This document shows, one piece after another, positions 57,130 through 64,000 of a stretch of DNA of 64,000 bases. Origin of the DNA: a virus (Duplodnaviria; Caudoviricetes); IMG/VR virus record IMGVR_UViG_3300032320_001881, positions 38,994 through 102,993 of that record. The stretch is one strand, 5' to 3'. Position 1 is the first letter of the stretch. Each line of letters begins with the position of its first letter. Below the pieces are notes generated by a model. The model saw only the letters and a program-made list of their open reading frames with translations. It searched no databases and was not told the origin of the DNA. A program made the translations under genes and the position numbers.

Positions 57130-58355
57130 TGTGAAATAAACTTTGTGTTGGGATTAATGCTTAGTAGAGCTTGTTTTAATGGTTCACCTATGTTCCAGCT
57201 TAGTACTAAGGCGTATGGCTTTTCATGTTTAGCAAATTCATCGTCGCTAAGAATAGGAATACGACTTAGTGGAGTATATTTGCCTTGTTTAAATTGACTA
57301 GCATCAGTAATACAATTTAATACTGTTTTATCTAGTTTGTGCCAAGTTAACCAAGTATTAGCTTTGGCCGCTGCACCAACACCAATAATGATAGCATTTG
57401 GTTCGTCGGCTAAGAGTTGATAAAATTTATGCAACCACTCATTACGCTGTTTGATAAATTTATCTTGTAGCTGTTCATAAAAGATAGGATCAAATAAACC
57501 CATATCAGTTTCATTTTCTATAGCCCCGCGCACCAAAAATGGCATACCGTTATTAGAAGTGTGTTTAGCAACCACTCTAATACTACCACCATGATAATCT
57601 ACAATATCAAAATCTACTATATCTAATCCTACTTGTTGTAATAAATTCCAAGTGCTCTTGATAGTGAAATAGGAAATATGTTCGTGATATACCATGTCGA
57701 CAAATCGATTACTATCAATCATACTTGCCCAATATGGTACTTCAAAAACAAATATTCCATCCTCATCTAATAATTGAGCTACCCCTGACGCAAAATTAAT
57801 AGGATCGTTAGCATGATTGAATACATTATTAGCTATGACAACAGATGCTTTGCCATGTTCCTCTGCTACTTCAACTGCGGTATCAGTGTTGAATAATGCA
57901 GCTAAAGATTCTACACCTTTATCTTTAGCAATGTCGCACATAGTTTGTGATGAATCGATACCCAACACAGCAGTATCCTTATCTTGAAATTGTTTAATAA
58001 GGTAAGCATCATTACTACCAATTTCGACAACTAGACCTGTTGTATTGTATTTGTTTTTAATAGTGTTAGCATATTCGTCCCAATGATTTCTAGCTGTCTT
58101 TGAATTAGATGATGTGTAGCTATAATTATATAAGTTATAACGATCTTTCGCATTACTGACATAGCCTAATTGAATTTGTCCTGAATTAGGATTTAAAAAT
58201 AATTGTAATGGAAAAACAGGCTCGGACATGTGAAGCTGATCTTCGGCAATAAATGTATCAGCATAGGCGTGTTGACCTAAATCTAAAATTTTTGTCACAA
58301 ACTCGCCAGTAATCAAACAGCGGTCTAAATGTGTGCTTTCAGTTATTTTTGCCAT
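57126..58355 (-). CDS. NDP-hexose C-methyltransferase family protein
   Basis: ILDLG, EIGSND, NVFNH, YHEHISYF, HGGSIR, GAAAK, LSWN. Confidence 0.85.
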   Translation of the reverse strand: MAKITESTHLDRCLITGEFVTKILDLGQHAYADTFIAEDQLHMSEPVFPLQLFLNPNSGQIQLGYVSNAKDRYNLYNYSYTSSNSKTARNHWDEYANTIKNKYNTTGLVVEIGSNDAYLIKQFQDKDTAVLGIDSSQTMCDIAKDKGVESLAALFNTDTAVEVAEEHGKASVVIANNVFNHANDPINFASGVAQLLDEDGIFVFEVPYWASMIDSNRFVDMVYHEHISYFTIKSTWNLLQQVGLDIVDFDIVDYHGGSIRVVAKHTSNNGMPFLVRGAIENETDMGLFDPIFYEQLQDKFIKQRNEWLHKFYQLLADEPNAIIIGVGAAAKANTWLTWHKLDKTVLNCITDASQFKQGKYTPLSRIPILSDDEFAKHEKPYALVLSWNIGEPLKQALLSINPNTKFISQ

Positions 58356-59170
58356 ACGCTATGTCTCATTTGTTTATTAATATCATTCTTTTTCATTTTT
58401 TCAAATGGGTCTTGTTTGCCTAATTTTACATTTAACCAGAAACTAACATCTAACCCTTTGGATGCTAAATGATTGGAAATTTTTTCAGCATCGATTAGTC
58501 TAGCATTATTGTACGCAGGATTATGAAAATCTGCTGGATTATTTGGATTGCCTTCTAACGGAATCCGATTTTTGTAAGTGTCATCAGCATTACTTCCGGT
58601 TAAGTCGTGTCTATCATGGGTGGCATAGATATCTACAATTTCCATTAAATCTAGCATATAAGCAATTTGACTTAACTCAGCATCGGTCATTTGATGCCTA
58701 GACATGAAACCAAATAAATCATACCACTCTTTAGGTAAGATAGGAAAAATTGAATAAGGATGTTCTCTATGAACATGAATTTTTAATAATTTAAAGTCGC
58801 CTGTATATTTGGTAACAATTTTGTCCCACCCAGTTGTTTCCATAAGAGCATCGTCATTCCATACAAATAACCAATCAGCTGATGCTTGTGCTGCTAGTCC
58901 GTTGTAATAACGATTTAATCCAATGTAGCCCATAGGATCGAATTGCATTACAGTATAATGTATACCTTTTTCATCCATCCATGGTTGAATTGTGTCGTTG
59001 AAGTAATTTAACCCAATTTCGTCATCGTTATCAAAACCTAACAATAACTGAACATCGTCAAGATTAAGTACCCTATTGAAAACACTAATAATACTAAGTT
59101 TTAGTGCTGTAGTCCTGCCTCTTGTAGGAAGCAGTACCGCTATTTTGTATTCATTTTTGGACTTTGCCAT
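58343..59170 (-). CDS. Glycosyltransferase family 2-like
   Basis: LLPTRGR, DNDD, WNDD. Confidence 0.7.
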   Translation of the reverse strand: MAKSKNEYKIAVLLPTRGRTTALKLSIISVFNRVLNLDDVQLLLGFDNDDEIGLNYFNDTIQPWMDEKGIHYTVMQFDPMGYIGLNRYYNGLAAQASADWLFVWNDDALMETTGWDKIVTKYTGDFKLLKIHVHREHPYSIFPILPKEWYDLFGFMSRHQMTDAELSQIAYMLDLMEIVDIYATHDRHDLTGSNADDTYKNRIPLEGNPNNPADFHNPAYNNARLIDAEKISNHLASKGLDVSFWLNVKLGKQDPFEKMKKNDINKQMRHSVWQK

Positions 59171-59227
59171 TATTATCCTTTGTACAGTTTAACTATTTAC
59201 TGGATAATATAGGTAGTTAATAATTTC

Positions 59228-59527
59228 TTAGTCTTTATAGATAGTAGACCATTTGTTTAATTTTTGTGCTTTACGGTCCTGTGCCTCTTTTAACTGTTGA
59301 GGATGCAATACATGGTGAGCTTGTAGTAATTCTATTAATAAACTAACATCGCCTAATTCTTGTATAAGGTGATCACGTTGTGTACCGCCTTCTTTATATG
59401 AATTATCAATACCAAATCTACGGATCTTACTTATAGCGACAATTACTTCAGCACATTCTTCCTGAAGTATATCAAGTATTTCGTTAATTTTTTTTAAATT
59501 TTTATGACTAGTCTGATGTTTTTCCAT
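59228..59527 (-). CDS. MazG-like pyrophosphohydrolase
   Basis: LQEECAEV..ELGDV. Confidence 0.7.
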   Translation of the reverse strand: MEKHQTSHKNLKKINEILDILQEECAEVIVAISKIRRFGIDNSYKEGGTQRDHLIQELGDVSLLIELLQAHHVLHPQQLKEAQDRKAQKLNKWSTIYKD

Positions 59528-59530
59528 ATT

Positions 59531-59980
59531 TTAGCTTTCATAGATAGCCGAATTAGCTCCGTGTTCAGCACACTCTGCTCTTACACAATAACAACGATTA
59601 TTACTTGCTTCACGGATCAAAGTATCGGCAAAATTGAAAGCGTGTTCAGCAAATTTTTCTGCTCCAACACCATCGAAGATCCTAATCTCAGCTAGTCCTA
59701 ATTCTTCCAATTCTCGAAACTTGTTTAGATGTGGGTCATTACGATCTAAAGCTAATTTATGATCAAAGTTATCTTCTAACCAAGCCTTGAGTTTTTTAAG
59801 GCCGCCAAAATCTACAGCCCAATTTTTATCATCTAAATTATCACATCCAAAAGTAAATGTGAATGCCAGACTGTAGCCATGTAGCAAGTGACAGTGACTG
59901 TGGTCGGCATTGGGTTGTCTAAACACAGCACTCAACCCAATGTTATGTCCGTAGTGTTTTGTTGAATAATACTTTGCCAT
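59531..59980 (-). CDS. queD: 6-carboxy-5,6,7,8-tetrahydropterin synthase QueD
   Basis: CHLLHGY, VDFG, FDH, E..ANSA. Confidence 0.85.
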   Translation of the reverse strand: MAKYYSTKHYGHNIGLSAVFRQPNADHSHCHLLHGYSLAFTFTFGCDNLDDKNWAVDFGGLKKLKAWLEDNFDHKLALDRNDPHLNKFRELEELGLAEIRIFDGVGAEKFAEHAFNFADTLIREASNNRCYCVRAECAEHGANSAIYES

Positions 59981-59983
59981 TAA

Positions 59984-60049
59984 TTTCTCCTATGTTAATT
60001 TAGCATAGGCGGCAGAATTTGTCAAGCGGGATGACGCCGAAGACCGCTG
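59984..60049 (-). promoter_or_regulatory. Candidate cis-regulatory RNA (pseudoknot plus RBS-sequestering hairpin) upstream of queD
   Basis: AGCGG/CCGCT stem, loop GGCG pairs with downstream CGCC, CCTATG/CATAGG covers the AGGAG RBS. Confidence 0.55.
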
Positions 60050-60110
60050 TGAAACTATTTAGTCTCCTCATTTACTGCTTGGTTACATTTAATTAAGGCT
60101 GTTAACGCAA

Positions 60111-60419
60111 TCATCTTTTTAATAACTCTAAGGCTATAATTTGACCTACACGATGTGCTACATCTTCATTTTCGGGAATAATGTGGGCTTCATTGATCCA
60201 GCCGCCATTTTTTTTATCCAATGTTCTCGTTTCTACTACACATCCGCCCTTGGCCGGGAGTACTGAAATTCGAATAGATTTATCCATATCAATATTATGA
60301 AATTCTTCTGGATAGCTTAACTCTATCTTTTCCACTTCACGATGAAAATTATAGTCTAATCCCCATTTTATTAGATGGTGCCACATCCAACGAATCATAC
60401 TCGTTGTCCTTTTAACCAT
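60111..60419 (-). CDS. Hypothetical protein
   Basis: 102 aa ORF. Confidence 0.55.
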   Translation of the reverse strand: MVKRTTSMIRWMWHHLIKWGLDYNFHREVEKIELSYPEEFHNIDMDKSIRISVLPAKGGCVVETRTLDKKNGGWINEAHIIPENEDVAHRVGQIIALELLKR

Positions 60420-60619
60420 TCGTCGACACGATTTTCAGCTTCTTCTTGGTCAATAGCAGGAACAGTAATTTCTACTTTTTCTCCCATAATATGATTAAGA
60501 TTATAAGGTATAGGGTTGCCGTCAAATACTACCTCCTCTATATTACGAAATACTAAAAACTCTTGTAAGTTTTTTGCTCGTTCAATAGCTCTGCTGGCCA
60601 AAATGTTTATATTTTCCAT
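60395..60619 (-). CDS. Hypothetical protein
   Basis: 74 aa, AAGGAG RBS. Confidence 0.6.
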   Translation of the reverse strand: MENINILASRAIERAKNLQEFLVFRNIEEVVFDGNPIPYNLNHIMGEKVEITVPAIDQEEAENRVDEWLKGQRV

Positions 60620-60634
60620 ATTATTTCTCCTTTA

Positions 60635-61060
60635 TTATGCACAAACTTCTTCTTCTAAATAGCGTCTTAATTCTTTGTCGGTAGGTTCTACCGAATAATT
60701 CTGTTTAAAAAATATTTCATAGCTATCTGACCCATATTTGCCAATACCGTATAACATGTTAGCGTCTTCGCCATCCCATTCCATGAAATCCAGACTCATC
60801 TGTACTAGTCGTTCATACCGACGATTGACCATTCCCAGGCTCCAGATAATATCACGTACTTCGTCTGGAGTAGCCTCTAGGAATGCCTGGGGACTACGCC
60901 AACGGCTCCAGAATATGGGTGCCACTGTCTTTACGGGTTTACGGCCTGTTTGGTTCAACATGATAACCGCAACCATGTGTTGCCATACCGCATTACTACC
61001 TTCGAGGCCATCGGGCAACTGTTGTTGTACCATTAGATCATCTCTTAAAGGCTGGATCAT
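60635..61060 (-). CDS. HhH-GPD DNA glycosylase, MBD4-like
   Basis: W..MVAVIMLNQT, LYGIGKYGSDSYEIF, VEPTDKEL. Confidence 0.75.
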   Translation of the reverse strand: MIQPLRDDLMVQQQLPDGLEGSNAVWQHMVAVIMLNQTGRKPVKTVAPIFWSRWRSPQAFLEATPDEVRDIIWSLGMVNRRYERLVQMSLDFMEWDGEDANMLYGIGKYGSDSYEIFFKQNYSVEPTDKELRRYLEEEVCA

Positions 61061-61067
61061 TTTAGTA

Positions 61068-61145
61068 TTATGAAAAAATGTGTTGTATGAATGCGATAAA
61101 CATTATCCACCATACATATAGTTCATGTAAAATTCGATCAATCAT
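61068..61145 (-). CDS. 25-aa hydrophobic micro-ORF
   Basis: MIDRILHELYVWWIMFIAFIQHIFS; ATGA-coupled to folE. Confidence 0.4.
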   Translation of the reverse strand: MIDRILHELYVWWIMFIAFIQHIFS

Positions 61146-61978
61146 CGTGGAGCAAAGTCCTGTTGTAATTTAATATTATCCATAAACTCTTTCTTAGTAC
61201 CAGCGTCAGTAGTAAACGCACCTTTAAGTACTGTAGTTTGAGTCAATGAGCTATGTGCCATAATTCCGCGATTTTCGCAACACCCGTGCGTAGCTTGGAT
61301 ATAAACACCTACATCTTTACTACCTGTGGCCTTCATTATTTCTTTTGCTATATCATTACACAATTCTTCTTGGAGAGTCCCTCGTCTAGCACACCATTGA
61401 GCGATACGAGTATACTTTGACAGACCAATTAGTTTCTGAGCCGCGATAATGCCAATGTAGGCGACACCTGTAACAGGCTGGTGATGATGGCTACACATAC
61501 TACGCAACTCACTGCGTACAACCAACATTCCTTCATATCTATCTTCGCTATCGTTGGGAAATGCTGTACAATCTGGAGATGGTTCATAGCGTCCTGCCAT
61601 AATCTCATTAAAATACATTTTAGCTAGTCGTTTAGCTGTGCCATGACTGTTAGGATCGTTTTCTCGATCAATTAATAATGTATCCAAAACTTTTTCAAAT
61701 GCCGCAGTAGCTTCGTTGATTAAAATTTCTTTATCGTTTTCGCTTACATAATCGCTTATATTATCGCCTGCCCAGAAACGTTTTTTATCACGTTTCATTT
61801 TAAATCGAATAGCATCAGCAAGGTTATTTTCTTTGTAACCGTTTTCGTCAATATTATCAAATCTTACCGGATCTGGATTTATTACAGCATCTTCGTATCC
61901 AGGATGGTATGGCGCTTCTTCGACTAGTTTGGAATTAATGAGTGCGTTTTTTAAATCTTCGCTTGTAAATGTTGTCAT
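61142..61978 (-). CDS. folE: GTP cyclohydrolase I
   Basis: SMCSHH, IGLSK..R, LQEEL, HGCCENRG. Confidence 0.9.
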   Translation of the reverse strand: MTTFTSEDLKNALINSKLVEEAPYHPGYEDAVINPDPVRFDNIDENGYKENNLADAIRFKMKRDKKRFWAGDNISDYVSENDKEILINEATAAFEKVLDTLLIDRENDPNSHGTAKRLAKMYFNEIMAGRYEPSPDCTAFPNDSEDRYEGMLVVRSELRSMCSHHHQPVTGVAYIGIIAAQKLIGLSKYTRIAQWCARRGTLQEELCNDIAKEIMKATGSKDVGVYIQATHGCCENRGIMAHSSLTQTTVLKGAFTTDAGTKKEFMDNIKLQQDFAPR

Positions 61979-62373
61979 TCGTTTTCCTCTGTTAGTGCTT
62001 CTAGTATTTCTTGTTTTTCTTTAGCTTTAATATCATTTACATCATATTTTTCAAACCTGTATCCATACTTCATCGAAGGCATTAAGGCTATCTTTTCAAA
62101 TAAATCCATTTGATCTCTAGTAACACTATAGATATATCCTTTAACTTCTGCTAATTTATTTTTATCGTTAGCAAGTTTTGACTCTCGCTTAGTATTTCCT
62201 TTAAGTGTAGAACGCCAATTATAATATTCCTTATCGATAGAATTAATAAATCCTTCTAATTTAGGATCATCTTTTTTAACTACCCAAACAATATATAAAT
62301 TATCAGATTCATACAAACGAGTATGTTCTTCTTTATTAGAAGTTATGCGTTCAAATTGTTCGTTTAGTGTCAT
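61975..62373 (-). CDS. Hypothetical protein
   Basis: 132 aa; TTGACT-17-TATAAT ends 6 nt upstream of the ATG. Confidence 0.6.
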   Translation of the reverse strand: MTLNEQFERITSNKEEHTRLYESDNLYIVWVVKKDDPKLEGFINSIDKEYYNWRSTLKGNTKRESKLANDKNKLAEVKGYIYSVTRDQMDLFEKIALMPSMKYGYRFEKYDVNDIKAKEKQEILEALTEENE

Positions 62374-62410
62374 ACTATTATTATATAGGTTATTTAGGTT
62401 TAAGTCAAGG

Positions 62411-63466
62411 TTATGTGATATTTTTAAGTAAATTAGTAGCCGAAAAGAAGTCTTTAGATAAAGTTTCGGCTTGTTGTCGAATCCACGGAACCCTATTTTC
62501 GTATGTTTCGATATCTTCTATAATAGTATTACAAAGTTCAGAACGATATGTATCATATGATTGATAATTTTCAGTCCATACACTTGGATATCTAAAATTT
62601 TCCTGATACATTTCAGTATAACTTAAACGGTCTGGCACCATCGGTATAGCATCTAGTAATGTACCTTCATAACAACTAATGCCCAATGTTTCTTGTAAGT
62701 TAGCACTAAACACAATCTTAGCTTGGCCTAGCAATGTATGATAGTCATGTTTGGTTAATTCTTTTTCTTGGCAAACGATAAATTCATATTGTGGTAATCT
62801 AGTTGCCAAATCTTTAAAGATATCTACTTGCTTTTCTGGAGCGATTCTATGTGGAAACAGTATTAAATCTCGTTTTGTAAGATTTTTGTATGAAGCCAAC
62901 TCATCTGCCATATATTCCATTGGCCATCCTGTCTGTGTGACATATGGATTACTACCATCATCAATAGTATCAAATAAGTTTTGAGCAAACATATCAATAT
63001 GGAACTTTGTAGCAAAGTAATTATGATCATAAGAAAAGAAAAAACTTTTCTCTGCGTGCCTGACCCATGGCGCATTGCCTATTAATCTACCTAAGAAGTC
63101 TTGTGGATCATAACTGCCGGCGTGCCATAGTCCATGGGTTGTTACTGGAATTCGTAACAGTTCACTCATGTACTTTAAGTTTATAATGCCCGGATGCCAA
63201 GCATCAGTAAAAATAAAGTGGTCGCCGGGATGAACGGATCCGCTACAAAATAGCCTACCCATTTGTTCAACCTGACTAGACTTGTATATATTGGTGCCAC
63301 CAAAGTTAAGAAAAGCACCAGGAGTAGTGGCTGAAGGAATATCTTCAGGCCCAGAAATAATTTTGACATTGTGTCCTGCCCTTTCAAGTAAAGCAGGTAC
63401 ATGAGTCTTCCATTGACCCGTGTACCTTGTTGGAACTGCTTCTAAGTCGACTAAAAAAACTGTCAA
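62411..63466 (-). CDS. GT-B fold glycosyltransferase
   Basis: FPHRIAPEK, QETLGIS..EG..P; probable TTG start. Confidence 0.7.
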   Translation of the reverse strand: MTVFLVDLEAVPTRYTGQWKTHVPALLERAGHNVKIISGPEDIPSATTPGAFLNFGGTNIYKSSQVEQMGRLFCSGSVHPGDHFIFTDAWHPGIINLKYMSELLRIPVTTHGLWHAGSYDPQDFLGRLIGNAPWVRHAEKSFFFSYDHNYFATKFHIDMFAQNLFDTIDDGSNPYVTQTGWPMEYMADELASYKNLTKRDLILFPHRIAPEKQVDIFKDLATRLPQYEFIVCQEKELTKHDYHTLLGQAKIVFSANLQETLGISCYEGTLLDAIPMVPDRLSYTEMYQENFRYPSVWTENYQSYDTYRSELCNTIIEDIETYENRVPWIRQQAETLSKDFFSATNLLKNIT

Positions 63467-63684
63467 ATTGACCTGCCTAAACGGCGAGCATCTTCGACCC
63501 ACATATTCTTAGCATTTTTTCCTTGAACAAATTTGTTATATTGTTGCCAAGCATAACTTTTAAAATTATACAAGTCGTTTTCATTAAAGCGATAACCATA
63601 GTCAACGCAAAAATCTAAAAACTTATTTAGGTCGTCTTGTACTGCTAAAGCCCTGGGGCTGGGTTTGTAAACTTGCTTACCCAT
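63463..63684 (-). CDS. Hypothetical protein
   Basis: 73 aa, AAGGA RBS. Confidence 0.6.
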   Translation of the reverse strand: MGKQVYKPSPRALAVQDDLNKFLDFCVDYGYRFNENDLYNFKSYAWQQYNKFVQGKNAKNMWVEDARRLGRSI

Positions 63685-63693
63685 TATGTTTCC

Positions 63694-64000
63694 TTAAAAT
63701 TTAATACTTAGGTTAGGACGAGAAAGTTCATACTTAATGAGGCAGCCGTTCTCGCCATCTTCGGCTACTTCAATCCATATAGCACGGTCAGGATATCTGC
63801 CGGCTATCTGAATATACAAGTCATCTGCGATCATCTCGCAAGATTTCCAGTCAAGTTCTAAAATGGTATTTTGACCACTATACAGCGACTCGAGCCATCG
63901 TTTGAACTGGATGAACTCGATGTCCCGGTCATTGTGGAACACATCGATCCACACCCGGAAATGAAAAATGTGCCTATGAGGACTAGCAAGAAACGATACA
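63694..64000 (-). CDS. QueD-like T-fold protein (DpdL-like), 5'-truncated
   Basis: Open to the window end: VSFLASPHRHIFHFRVW..DIEFI..SCEMIA..EDGENG. Confidence 0.6.
   Translation of the reverse strand, partial: VSFLASPHRHIFHFRVWIDVFHNDRDIEFIQFKRWLESLYSGQNTILELDWKSCEMIADDLYIQIAGRYPDRAIWIEVAEDGENGCLIKYELSRPNLSIKF

Noticed and set aside
2750-63402. Numerous antisense or nested ORFs in the track (e.g. 5316-5846, 21392-21931, 16555-16914, 60738-61073)
   Set aside because: Shadows of well-supported genes, with no RBS or motifs
1-64000. CRISPR array, integrase, transposase, intron or intein
   Set aside because: No regularly spaced repeats or recognisable motifs seen

Overview
This is an AT-rich 64 kb segment of a large tailed dsDNA bacteriophage (Caudoviricetes, probably jumbo-type) using the standard genetic code. 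The host is probably a Gram-negative proteobacterium, inferred from a TorF-like porin and an Ala/Lys-rich periplasmic peptide. Left to right it carries: virion and tail-fibre genes (1-7.2 kb); glycosyltransferase-like, radical SAM, desaturase and ATP-pyrophosphatase genes (7.6-18.6 kb); a frameshifted thyX, a MoxR ATPase/VWA pair and a family of small paralogs (19-27 kb); a 16 kb minus-strand array of 15 tRNAs interleaved with single-gene enzyme cassettes, three unexplained structured RNAs and a circularly permuted tmRNA (32-48.6 kb); then an RNase H/5'-exonuclease, a nucleotide-sugar cluster and a 7-deazaguanine cluster (folE, queD, queE, DpdL-like) (50-64 kb). The strongest candidate new elements are: (1) a leader-peptide transcription attenuator at the head of the tRNA array, whose 38-codon leader samples 18 amino acids; (2) a two-piece tmRNA with a 29-aa tag and an ORF in its intervening segment; (3) a dispersed set of tailoring enzymes, many inserted as TAAATA-N4-8-ATG leaderless cassettes; (4) a pseudoknot/RBS-hairpin switch in front of queD. 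All functional calls come from motif recognition by eye; no searches were run.
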